Source: Octopus sinensis (Eukaryota). Taken from it: DNA of 64,000 bases. The stretch is from contig NC_043015.1 of assembly GCF_006345805.1 (NCBI RefSeq), positions 19,282,001 to 19,346,000 on the forward strand, given 5' to 3'. Below are positions 22,900 through 35,125 of the stretch, one piece after another (positions within the stretch are counted from its first letter, which is position 1; every line of letters starts with the position of its first letter). The notes under the pieces are model-generated. The model worked only from the letters and a program-made list of their open reading frames with translations, made no database searches and had not been told where the DNA came from. The position numbers and the translations under genes are program-made.

Positions 22900-25620
22900 C
22901 AATGTCAGATATTCTCGAAATGTCATCAGCCTGGTCTCCTTTTAATCGGGTGTCAGAAGAGGCAACACCCACCAAGCAGAAACTTTCATCATGCCAAATT
23001 TATTGTATAGAATATTCTCAGCTCTCACACATGATATGCAATTAACATTGGCAATTTATTTTGTTTTTTGTCACCGATGGAGGCAGTTGCAGACTGTTCA
23101 GATCATTAGTCTTTTTCAAAATTATCTTTGCTCGAATCAGTTAATCACTTTTGCACTGGTGAGAAAACTGGAGCATCATCCTCCAATATATCAACATGTC
23201 CTTGGGGACTGAATCCTTTTTCTACAGGTACTTGATAACAGCACGATGCCAAATTTTGTTAATCTTCAAGAGAAGTCACTAATAGTTACTTTTGAAGTTT
23301 TCTCTGAACAGTCAAATGTCAGTTTACCAAGAAAGAAATAATGAAGCTATAAGAAGTAAGCCAAGTTTTTGCATCACTCCATAATTCACACGTATATAAA
23401 GAAAACTGTATCAACATATTCCAAAAGTTTTCCTACGCTCACACATTTTGTTAATGAAACGTTTCATGAGGATGTGCAAAGTGTTTTCATCGTATATTTT
23501 TTTATGTACATGCATTATGGCACAATGTGTAAGACAGTGCTGTGTCATTGTGGTACGGAGCCAGGTCTTCAAACGGCAAAGTGCGTTGAATGTTCTTTTG
23601 CTTGATGCAACAGATATAGGTGAAGACAAGACAAGCTGCATTAACACCACCACTTGTGGCATACTAGAACGAAAAATAGCATCAGACACTCTCCCATTTT
23701 TCAACTATGTCATTAAATGATTTAGACAAAGTTTCCCTTTCCGTCCATAGGCCAGCAAGAAGTTTGATTTGAGATGACAGTAAGAGCAAATCAAAAGAAG
23801 CAGGTAGATGTGCATTTTCAAAGTTAAATACACCACAATTGACTGCTGACAACAGCAACTCCTTTCACTCAGAGCATACACGCATTCCCTCTTGCTGAAA
23901 CCAACGAGTCAATTCATTTTCGATGACATATAGAGAAAAATTGCCGACGCCAGTCATCGGTGACAGAAAGAGCAACTTCTTCAGTAGTTGTTGTGTGCCT
24001 AAAGCGCAGTGATATGTTTTTGGATCACAAAATGTTGGGCATTTTCACTAAGTCAGAAGAGGATACTTCATCGAAATATTTTTCAAAAACCTTCTCACTT
24101 CTCAATTTTGAATGAGAGTTTTTCAACTTTTCAATCAATTTCATACAATCACTGGCCATTGTGCCTGGACACTGTAAGCTACGTGCCACTGGCTCACATA
24201 CTCCAAATATATCCCAGCGATTTTAATGCTGAACAAAGTGGAAGCTTTGCCAGATTGTTTTAGCAGCCCTTTAACAGTAACCTTTGTTGTTGCTCTTAAC
24301 GACAAGTCATTAAGAAGGTCAATCAAACAATTCTGAATATACCTATAATTGTTTTCTGCTCGTTTCAGTGCTGTTGCTCTAATGCACCACCAAGTTGGAC
24401 ACACTGCTTGCAACATGATGACATTCTCACCACAAAGATTTGCCCATTGTGCTTTTCTTTTTGGTGACTCTGTTACAAGAATGGTGCATTGATGAACTAA
24501 CTTCTTGGAGGACAAGGTCCAGAGAGTGGTTTCCACAGTGTACAAAATATGTACCTGGGAACAAATTTTTCAATCACATTTGTACACCTGAAATGTTTCC
24601 ACTCATGGTACTTGCACCATCGAATGAACAGCAGCATAACTTTGAGCCAAGTAAAATGTTTAGACGACAAAAAACATCTAGAATAATCTTAGTCAGTGTC
24701 TCCAAAGAGCAGTCAGGGGGATTATAAAAACCTAGAAAATCCTCATTGACATTCAGGTCTTCAGAAATGTACCAGACAGGGATTGATTCTTGTTCCATGC
24801 CAGAGCAATCAGTGGTACCATCACATATAATGCCAATAAACCTGGAATTTTCTACTTTTATTTTGATCTCATGTAAAATGTTATGAGCATATGCCTCTAA
24901 AATTTCATTTTGAATTGTATCAGAGGAAATTGTCCCGATGCTTAAACCACTGACTTACATCTGCAATGCATTCTTCAGCAAGTTCCCTTACGAGATTTAC
25001 AAAGTTTCCCATATCGTGGTCATGCCCTTGTAATGCTAGGCCTTGCCTACACAAAATCTAACCGCTTTGAAAATAATTTTTAAGCTTGCTGGGTTACTTC
25101 TTGTTGCTGAATCAGCTGCTTATTCAGAGTCACAGATATGTCTGTTTTCGACCGAAAAGTGCAGACAGCATTTATATGGGGACCAGAGCGGCTATGTGCA
25201 GCAATTTTTGCTGTAATTTTGCCCCAGTTTCTTACACCAGTCAAAAAGGCAGTTTCCTTGGGAGATGGAATCCTGTTAGCTCCTTCAAGACAATACCAGC
25301 AGATAACAACATCATACTAAATATCATAATGAAGCTATGGGTTCTCTTTAAACCAATCTGAGCGGCATGAACAGTTTTTTGCATCCTTGGGAAATTCAAA
25401 TGTTTCACTTGGCACAAATTGTTCTGTTGATGTGCAATATTTCGATGGCACATTGCAATTTACTGCAAGAGCTTTATCAATAATTTGTTCATTGAGTTGC
25501 ACTTCCACAATATCCGATGCTCCTGGATTCTTTTGATATGACGAAGTAATGAAGAAATCAGAAATTTTCCTCACTTTTGCTTCTCGTGGATTCGACATAG
25601 TACACACAGCTGAAAATAAA
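22900..25620 (-). pseudogene. Decayed hAT (ZMYM1-like) transposase with TTF-type zinc finger, DUF4371 and dimerisation domain
   Basis: CSCRSDWF, SFDGASTMSG..SGVQ, VCPTWW.IRA.AL and SKRTFNALCRLKTWLRTTMTQ..L..CAIMHVH across frameshifted ORFs. Confidence 0.85.
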
Positions 25621-25966
25621 AGAAAACTTGTCTAAAACTGCAAGCAGATTAACAATTTCATATTTGGAAAGCAAAGAAATGGAGAAAGAGGGCAACAGTC
25701 ACTGAAGAGGTCTCAGGTGTGTGACGAAAAATTTCCAGACATGAATATTGAGTTAAAACAACAATAAACAAATGAAGAACTTTGCTTAATAGTTTTTGAT
25801 TGTTTTATTAAAGCTTACTCGTTATCAGATACATCATTATCAAATATTTCATTTAAAAACCTTAAAATTCAAAAACAATTAGAAGTTGCGTGATGCATAT
25901 TTCTATATTCTTTTTTATTTATGTTAAATGAGTAACACTACATGCAACAATATGAAGTATATTTTG

Positions 25967-26221
25967 GGTACTATTTAAGAATAGTGGTCCCGGTGCGCGC
26001 ACTCACGCATCCATGCTAGCTAGTTGTAACTAGTCGATCCTTACTTTGTGTTTTTGCTTTATTTACTTTGTTTTAAAAAAATTATTTACTTTGTGTAAAA
26101 AAATTATTTATTTTGTCTTTTATTTACTTTGCTAGGTAGTCGTTGTAGGATCAACTAGTCACGACTAGCTAGCGCGGATACGCAAGTACGCGTACCGGGA
26201 CCACTCTTCTTAAATAGTACC
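25967..26221. mobile_element. Foldback MITE with 9-bp TSD (Merlin- or MULE-type)
   Basis: TIR ggtactatttaagaa.agtggtcccgg; TSD tatattttg at 25958-25966 and 26222-26230. Confidence 0.85.
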
Positions 26222-26343
26222 TATATTTTGTAGGTTAAAATATACTTTATTTCGGAGATATACAAGTTAAGCAAATGTAAGCAGTAAAAATACAAATTGC
26301 AAATATAAGACATTCTATAACAAAAAAAAAAGAAGGAAATATC

Positions 26344-27467
26344 GGTTAAACTAAAGCATTTGACCCAGTCATAAAAACAAAAACAAAAAATAGTGTAATA
26401 GGTGTAAAACAACTTCCTCAAAACGAATATGACAAAAAAAAATGCGTGCTCGCAAAAGGAGAGGACTCGGAAAATTCACATCCGGAATTTCCAAAAGCAT
26501 CTGAGGGTCTGACCCGGGCACAAAAACAAAACAAAAAATAGTGTAATGGATGTAAAACAACTTTCTCCAAACGAATATAACAAAAAAAAATGCGCGCTCG
26601 CAAAAGGGGGTGGTGGGGGAGAGGACTCGGAAAATTCACATTTTCAGTCCATGGCCTTTAAACTATAGAGTTTGACCCAGGCCGGAAAAAAATAAAAAAA
26701 TAGTGTAATTGGTGTAAAACTACTTGTTCTAAACGATTATCAAGAACACACACACAAAGAGAAATGGTTGGTTCACTGCAACATTTAAATCTCCAAAGAC
26801 AAAATGTTTAGACACAAACGTGTGTCTGTGTGTCTCAGAAAAACAATCTCAAACACAAATGCATGCTACACTTAGATGTGTGATATACGTTTGTGAAGCT
26901 TTCAAATATTTATTTTGAAGACAATCTACAATTTTAACAGCCATAATGTTCAGCATATCATTGGTTACTGTGTGAAAATTTGATCTTTTTTCATGAATCC
27001 GCTCTGGAATTCAGTGTGGTAGCATGCGTTTGTGCTTGAGAATGTTTTTCTGAGACACACGGACACACGTTTGTGTCTAAATATTTTTTGTCTTTGGAGA
27101 TTTAAATGTTGCAGTGAACCAACCATTTCTCTTTGTGTGTGTGTGTTCTTGATAATCATTTAGAACAAGTAGTTTTACACCAATTACACTATTTTTTTAT
27201 TTTTTTCCGGCCCCTTTCGTGAGCGCGCATTTTTTTTTTGTCATATTCGTTTACAGCAAGTTGTTTTACACCTATTACACTATTTTTTTTGTTTGTTTTT
27301 GTGCCCGGGTCAGACGCTTTCGGAATTTCACGATGTGAATTTTCCGAGGCCTCTCCCTCACCCCTTTCCTCGAGTGCGCATTTTTTTGTCATATTCGTTT
27401 AGAGGAAGTTTTTTTACACCTATAAAATTTTTTTTTTTATGACCGGGTCAAACGCTTTAGTTTAACC
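26344..27467. mobile_element. Large palindromic Merlin-like MITE with tandem subterminal repeats
   Basis: TIR ggttaaactaaagc...gctttagtttaacc; roughly 125-bp repeated units; inner inverted arms around about 26960. Confidence 0.75.
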
Positions 27468-27479
27468 GAAATGAGAAGG

Positions 27480-28703
27480 GTTGCATTTGGAGGAAAAAAT
27501 TATCTCGAGCCAGGATAAAGACTTGCTGCTGCCAATAAGAATACGTGTATTCTCTTGGCAGCAGGTTTAATGCTTTCCATAAATAGGAATCTAGAGAGGT
27601 ATTGCTTTAAGTAACAGGCACGAATGCCTGGGCCTGTGTGTGCACCGACGCGTTTGTAGGATCAACAAAATTTTCACTGTGGTTGATCCAAAAGTGGGTA
27701 TAGCCGAGATTTACCAGAGAATTATACGCAGCCCAAGAATCGCTATATTCTATGGACCCTTGGCGTATATATCGAGTAATTAAGGGGATCAGTGTGGCGG
27801 CATCTTGCCTTTCCTCTTCACCACACTCAGATGAAAGAGGTATCAAAAATTTCTTTTTGGCTACTCACTCTATCCCACCGAAAAGCCAGATAGTTTTTGT
27901 GAGTCTTCCATGATTATATTTTCTTCTTACAATAACCGTCTCATCAATTTCTACTTCAACTCCTGGTCCACCGATTTGGTCCCAGTAATTCTCAACCCAA
28001 TGCTGACAAACCTCCGAACAGAAGGATCGCCAATCAATCGAGGTCGGATATGAAATCCTTAAATTCTCCATGACTAATGCATACGACCAACAGTCTGTGA
28101 GAAAGTAATTTACAAATAACAGGACTTTACAGGGTGGTATCTGATTCTGCTCCAAAAAAGTGTTGTTGTATAGGGATATAGAATATCCACATTCCGTGGG
28201 CCTTTGTCTTCGACGGCGAGCAGTCCTTCGACATCGGAAGATGCTTGTGTTTTCGCGGAGATTATGTTTTCGAAAGAAATCTAGTGCCTCACTGTCATTA
28301 TTAAATCGGCGAATTCCATCTTCTAATGTTAATTCACATGAATTGCAAAGTGCCATTCTGTTGCTGAAGACCAAGTGTATCATACAACTTAATGCTTGTG
28401 TATCCATGACTGAAATGAATAAGAACTTGTTGGTACCAAGTCCATAGGCTTGTCAAAAGGAGTGGGAAATCCTCCACACCAGAAGATGGGATGAGTAAAC
28501 ACTGGTCAATGAAAGGTCCTTAGACAAAAGACTGACCTTTCATTGACCAGTGTTTACTCATCCCATCTTCTGGTGTGGAGGATTTCCCGCTCCTTTTGAC
28601 AAGCCTATGGATTTGGTACCTTCGTTTAGAGGAAGTTGTTTTACACCTATTACGCACATTATTTTTTTGTTTCTTTGACCGGGTTTAACGCTTTAGTTTA
28701 ACC
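27480..28703 (-). mobile_element. Merlin (IS1595/ISXO2-like) DNA transposon, frameshifted
   Basis: QIGGPGVEVEIDET...RRKYNHGR...WLFGGIE, SDSWAAY...GYTH..NHSENFVDP; TIR ending at 28703. Confidence 0.85.
28432..28620. repeat. Near-perfect 189-bp hairpin with GGTACC termini
   Basis: Arms of about 85 bp are mirrored around 28525. Confidence 0.9.
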
Positions 28704-28754
28704 TATTAATGTATATATATGTGCGTGCTTGTATCACTTTCTCTCTCTCTTATA

Positions 28755-28813
<59 letters not shown>

Positions 28814-28859
28814 GGCATATATACAGACAGGGGGCAGATCTAATGTAGCTATAAGTCGT

Positions 28860-29098
28860 GATTGGGCAGAATCTGGATGACGTCCCGCTATGCTTGACTA
28901 ACGAAGCGACTGGTCAAGACAGGAAACAAACAAGAGGGAGTTATAATGCAGCGATTGGTCAAAATAATGATGACGTCCCGTTCCACTTGATTAAAGCCAC
29001 CTAACGAAACGATTGGTCAAAACATTGATGACGTCACGCTACGCTAGATTGACCACCTAACAGGCATTATAAAACCGAGCATTTCACAAAAACTCACT
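28860..29098 (+). promoter_or_regulatory. Candidate compact Pol II promoter: three (reverse CCAAT + CRE) units, TATA, Inr
   Basis: GATTGG at 28860, 28953 and 29011; TGACGTC at 28878, 28971 and 29029; TATAAAA at 29068; TCACT with its A at 29096. Confidence 0.45.
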
Positions 29099-29525
29099 AG
29101 AACCACCCATGGAACTTCCACCATGGGCCATCACAATTGCTTACGGTAAAAATGAATTCCTCGCTCTTTCGGAAACATCAATCTTCTGTATTGACCGCTT
29201 TCCACCACTTTGATCTGTTTTTTTGTATTGAATACGTATCGCCACCGTGGGCCACTGCATCGAACACTTTGAACATATACTTCAAACTATATATCAACTA
29301 TACATGAACTATATATCAACTATACATGAACTCTAAGATGTCTGACTCCGTTGTGTATTATAAATGAATTTCTTGTGTTTGACGGCATGAGCTGTCTCTT
29401 TTTATATATAACTTTTTTTGATAAGGTTCATTTCAGGAACTGAAACATGTTATAATGTATATATAAAAATTAAAAATTGTATAATACAGCAGCATTTTCG
29501 AACTTCATTTTTTACAAATATATAT

Positions 29526-29614
<89 letters not shown>

Positions 29615-29645
29615 TATATATATAATATACGGTAAAACCATATAA

Positions 29646-29734
29646 CTGGAGGAGAGCTTACTCTACAGGTAGAGAAGTGGGTAAATATAATATATTTACC
29701 CACTTCTCTACCTGTAGAGTAAGCTCTCCTCCAG
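29646..29734. repeat. Near-perfect 89-bp palindrome
   Basis: ctggaggagagcttactctacagg...cctgtagagtaagctctcctccag. Confidence 0.9.
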
Positions 29735-29750
29735 AGTAAGCTCGTAACAA

Positions 29751-29876
29751 TACCAGCTACCAAATGGTTTCACGGTGAATTGGGGCCCCGATAATCGGCT
29801 CGGGATTCTCCCCAATGACTTTACTAAGGTCACTCAGGGCCCCAATTCACCGTGAAACCATTTGATAGCTGGTACC
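29751..29876. repeat. Hairpin/MITE with about 30-bp arms
   Basis: taccagctaccaaatggtttcacggtgaattgg is mirrored at 29840-29876. Confidence 0.8.
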
Positions 29877-29963
29877 GTTATGATTTTTTTTTTACTTCAT
29901 CTAGTTTCAGCTCACGAGCTGTGGCCATGCTGGGGCACCGCCATTTTAAAAAAGTTGCCAGCA

Positions 29964-30032
29964 GATGGTTATGGCATTTGAACCCATACAACTCAGATAC
30001 TGGCTGAGTACTTTACCATTAGCTAAATGACC
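29964..30032 (-). pseudogene. tRNA-like sequence (AGT at the anticodon position) followed by a T6 run
   Basis: A box TAGCTAATGG, stem-loop CTCAG-CCAGTAT-CTGAG, B box GGTTCAAAT, imperfect acceptor stem; TTTTTT 10 nt downstream. Confidence 0.55.
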
Positions 30033-30088
30033 CACGATGTCTATTTATATTTAGCCATTTCTCCGTAGATTGGAAAAAAGATGAACAA

Positions 30089-30129
30089 CCTTAATCGATT
30101 TTCGAACTTTATTGGGTTCTCATCAGAGG
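30089..30129 (-). ncRNA. Minimal type-I hammerhead ribozyme, second family
   Basis: Minus strand reads CCT CTGATGA GAAC CCAATAAA GTTC GAAA ATCGAT TA AGG: canonical core, 4-bp helix II, AATCGATT palindrome, UUA triplet. Confidence 0.75.
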
Positions 30130-31690
30130 CATAGTGGTTCAAACATGAAAAATAGAACTCATGTTGAGTCAGACTCAAATAATAAGTATAGATTTATTGA
30201 TCGGCGAAAGTTACATAGTGACTGAAGGTTCGAGAGTTTTGTGCAGAGGCACTTATCAAACTAATTAAATCAGTTTTCTATATAAAACGAAAAAGCAAGA
30301 CAGTATAGGAAACAAATATGACACAGATAATATTTTATATATACTCAGGAAGACTTTTGATTGATAATACGACAGAATTAGGGCAAGATGAAAAAATGAA
30401 AGTCGTCAATATATAAGGCATTCTGCCTAAACACCGTTTTTAAGATACGATTTGTTAGTAGTAACGCTAAAAGTAAACTATTTCCTAAGGAACTCAAGAA
30501 AAGGATAAAAAGAGCAGAGAGAGGGGAATAAAGACAAAAAGAAAGTAAGGATTGAATGAAAAATGAAAAGGGGAATCAAGGCTGAAGTGAATGCTAGGCT
30601 GGAGTTGAAAAAAAGGCACTTACCCAGGCAGTGATCAAGCAGATAATGGTATGGGATATTAAATGGTCGTTTTGCACCAAAAAGGTGGATGGGCGGGGAG
30701 ACCTATTGACATGGGAGTGCAGGTAGAAAGAAAGAGGAAGTGTAGAGAAAGAAGGCAATAAAGATAGATAGGAGATGGTTATAGAGACAGGAAGAAATGA
30801 AAGGTAGTAAAGAGAGAAAAGGAGATGTGTAGAGAGAAAGAACGATAGAAATAGATAGGGAATGTTTTACAAAGAAGAGGATAGGAAAGGTTAGAAAATG
30901 GAGACAATGCCCACCAAATGTTGAGAGCTGTGTGGGGTACCATTGAGTAAGAATAGAAGCGGATGCGTGGCTTTACAAATTTATTTCGGTTTGCAATTAT
31001 TTATAGTTAAATGTTTACTTTCACATTTTGGACCTAACAACCTAAATCGTTTTGAGGGAAAGAATTTTGAAAGGGTTTTATTTTTAGACTGGGGTCAAAC
31101 GGTCGAATCCATTCAACCATATTTTAAGTCTAGCAACACCAATTACAAAGAACTTGGGTGTGGTACTGAAAGATGGTGAGAAGTATTTGACAAACAGAAA
31201 GAGAGAGTTACACATTTTAACTGGGTGGCAGCTGTCTTCAATAATTCAAGTAATGCTATATATTCAAAATTAACCTTACATGCTGGTTTTGTTGTTGTTA
31301 TTGTTGCTGCTACTGTTGTCATTGTCACTTTTTTGTATTTTCACACTACTTTCCTTCAGAAGTTAGTGGTCATAAACTCCCTAGGGAATTTTATGCCAGC
31401 TTCATCACTTTTATTTTTTTTTCCTTTGTTTAAGCATTTTATACTGATAAATTTTAGACACTTTTGTCTGAAACTGGTAAGATTATGTAGGGGGTGCAAA
31501 TTTTGATCTTGCACCCCCAGAGAATTCTAGGGAGTGCAGGTGCACCTGCTGCACCCCCTGTTCCCAGGCCCTTGGGTCAGGATGCTTAGAGTATAAATGA
31601 TGCTTTAAGCAAGTATGGTACCAGATAGGAAATTATCTTGTCATTTAAGTTACTGACTTACTTTTGCACTGCATTCTTCGGCAAGCTCTT

Positions 31691-32820
31691 GGATCTTTTC
31701 TTTTTGATGGACGGAATTTTCTAGTTAACTAAAAAATTTGAAACTTCGTATACTGGTAGAATGTGTCAAAAGAAAACATTATTGTAAACAAAATTGAAAA
31801 TAAAATTGTAATTTGTAAGTTTAACGTAGTTTAATTCTTCGAATTTTAACCAATGAAATCCCAGCATTTGAGCTCAATTCATTTGCTGCGTCTAAGTAAA
31901 CAGCACACACACACGCACACGTGTTATTCATCCTTCTTTCTCACTTCTGTCTTCTGCATGTGCTAAAAATAACAGCTATATCTCTTAAATCGATGAATTT
32001 CGTCGCCCAATAAAAATATTAACGATATTTTTAAAATATTTTCTTTATTTTTTTTTACTGAAAAGGCTTCTCCCATGTTTATTTCAATGTCATCCCTGAC
32101 TTATGGAATGATTACCTGTGTGTGTGTGTTTTTGTTGTGTATGTATGCGCGTGTCTGTGTTTTTTTGTTGAGTATGTGTGTTTGTTGTGTGTGTTATTGT
32201 TGTGTATGTTTTTTTGTTGTGTATGTGTGTGTGTGTTTTTGTTGTGTATATGTGCGTGTGTGTTTCTGTTGTGTATGTGTGTGCGTGTTTTTGTTGTGTA
32301 TGTGTGTGTTTTTGTTGTGTGTGTTGTGTGTGTGTGTGTTTGTTGTGTATGTGTGTGTGTGTGAAGTATGTAAGTGGTGCGTCAGGCATGACTTTATAGG
32401 AAATAACAAGACAATGCATGGAAACCGCAAAAAAAATTGATGTCCTGCGAAAGCGGAATGAATACGAACATGTTATAAAAGTCCAAAAAATATCGTTAAT
32501 ATTTTTATTGGGCGATGAAATTCATCGATTATTTCTAGCACATGCAGAAGACAGAAGACAGAAGTGAGAAAGAAAGATGAATAACACGTGTGTGTGTGTG
32601 TGTGTGTGCTGTTTACTTAGACGCAGCAAATGAATTGAGCTCAAATGCTGGGATTTCATTGGTTAAAATTCGAAGAATTAAACTACGTTAACTTACAAAT
32701 TACAATTTTGTTTTCAATTTTGTTAACAATAATGTTTTCTTTTGACACATTCTACCAGTATACGAAGTTTCAAATTTTTTAGTTAACTAGAAAATTCCGT
32801 CCATCAGAGAGAAAAGATCC
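31691..32820. mobile_element. hAT-type foldback MITE with microsatellite core
   Basis: TIR GGATCTTTTC...GAAAAGATCC, arms of about 380 bp, 8-bp TSD aagctctt (31683-31690 and 32821-32828). Confidence 0.9.
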
Positions 32821-32828
32821 AAGCTCTT

Positions 32829-33760
32829 TTACAAGATATATGAAGTTTCCTGTGTCATGTTCTTACCCTTGTAATGCTATGCTTTGTCTAGCACAGGATC
32901 TGACTACTTGAAAATAATTTTTAATGCTTGCTAGGCTACTTCTTATTACTGAATCAGCTGTTTATTCAGAGCCATGGATATGTCTGTGTTTGGCCAAAAA
33001 GTATGAACTGCTTCCATTGGTGACTGGAACGGCTATGTACAGCAATTTTTCCTGTAATTTTGCCCCAGTTTTATACACAAGTCAAGAAGGCAGTTTCCTT
33101 AGGCATTGTAATTTTGTTATGCCAAACTTATCCCAGACAATACTAGCAGGCAACAACATCATGCTGAATATTATAATGAAGCCACAGGGTTTCCTTGAAC
33201 CAAACTGGCAGTATGAGCTTTTCTTTGCATCCTTGGGAAAGTTGAATGTCTTTCCAGAGACAAATTGTTTTTGACAAGCAAAATTTCAATGGCACTTTTC
33301 AACATGCTGAAAGTGCTTTATCATTAATTTGTTCACTGAATCACATCTTTGCAACCTCTGAAGATCCTGCATTCTCTTAACATGATGTGGTACTGAAAAA
33401 ATTTTTTATTTGCCTCACTTTTGCTTCTGGTTGACTTTACATAGTGCACAGAGCAGATAATAAAGGTAAAAAGTTAAAAAGTGTAAGCAGATCAACAATT
33501 TCATATTTGAAAAGTAGGCTTTCTCTTAATTATTTTTGACTGTGTTTTTTTTAAACTTATTTGTTTGACATCGTTATCAGACAGAAAATTGAATATTTTT
33601 TTCATTCAACAACTTTAAAATTCATCACACTTCAGAAAAAAAGTAAAAGCAGTATGATATACACTCGCACATTTTTGATTTGAATTAAAGGAGTAAGATA
33701 TAGTGTGCCTAATAATGTGAAGAATATTACATATGTTAAAATGTTTAATTTTGGAGATGT
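32829..33760 (-). mobile_element. 5' fragment of a second copy of the ZMYM1-like hAT
   Basis: Clearly similar to 24980-26300 (for example aattttgccccagtttt...aggcagtttcctt). Confidence 0.7.
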
Positions 33761-34869
33761 TCCAGGTGAGCAAGTTAATAATTAAATTATGCATTTATTG
33801 TGAACTTCACACAGCTTTTTTTTTTTTTTTTACTATGAAAGAAGTTTTATTTTCATATATAACATATAAACAAGTACAAGTACAAAAAAAAATGAACAAC
33901 TCGTTTTTCTTTGCAAACATCATTTATTTTATAAACTATAACTTTGAAAAATGGCTATATACAACACAACAAAAGTAAATCACAGCATTTAAAAGTTAAT
34001 AAAAATGAAGACAAAATATACTGGCCAATATACACTGTAAAACTAAGATATTTATTTAAATTGGTGTTAAGGTCACTTATACAGCTGTGGCTATTTGTGA
34101 CAAAGATCAACAATCATTCATATCTGCACATAAAGACCAGTAAATAAGGAGTAACGGTATTCATTTTAAGGTTTGATTTTATGACTTGAAATTTGGAAGA
34201 TTTGTTAAAAATGAATATATTTAGAATGTGCAGAAATAGGAAAAACACATTAAATGTGAGAGATATCATCAATAAAATTGTATTTGAAACCACAGATAGG
34301 AGTATTACTTACTAACCTGGTAAATGAGTAATTTGAATGGAAGACAAAATCATGTATTCAGCCTATTGTTACCAGTGTGTTGCTAAAATGGATTACCTTA
34401 AAAAACTGAGGTAACCCATAAATGGGTTATCTTAATTTATATTTTGTGCAGACCTGAGATCTGTGGCAGATTCATTGTCAAGAGCAGACTTATCCATTTT
34501 TTTTTTCTTTCCACCTTTGACCACCATTACTGTCACTGGCAGTCCAAAGCCATTCTCAAGTCACCAACTCAACCTCTGCTTCTACCAAGCTACCAAAGCT
34601 AGTACAACCACTCCCCACACCCACAGTCTAGCCAAAACAGTACTCAAAGTGAATATTAATATCATCCTATGCCCAGTCCAGGGCCATTTTCAGTCCAATG
34701 ACCACAAATCAAAATACAAAAATGCAATCATTTTCAATACATTATGAGCAAAGGATAAAATATATGCTCAAATGTAAAGCAAAATGTAGAATAATGGCCT
34801 TTTTGTCAAACATCAAAAACAATTAACAGGCTTCCTGCATTTTTAAAAAGAAAATTCAAGAGTTTTCAA

Positions 34870-35125
34870 GGTTTTTCAAGGGTATTTTCAAGCTAGATTC
34901 AAGGACCATCATTACTACTCCTGATCAGCATCACCACTCCCCGACTCACAGAGCTGAGAATCCTTACATTCTGTTGCCAGTTTGTGTAGACACTGACCAG
35001 CAGGTCCCCGGATAAATCCAGCATGCTATGATAAAACTCATAGGGCAGACCATCAAGCTCCGGCAACTTGTCCCTGGTGCACCTGGCCAACACCTTCTGA
35101 TAAAACAAAACTATTTGCACAACTT
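34870..35125 (-). mobile_element. Short L1/Tx1 RT fragment
   Basis: Similar to 44440-44600 (GLPYEFY, SRGVVMLI). Confidence 0.65.

Noticed and set aside
26330-27470. Regularly spaced repeats resembling a CRISPR array
   Set aside because: The spacers are homologous to each other, the array is palindromic and bounded by transposon TIRs, no cas genes are present, and the context is eukaryotic.
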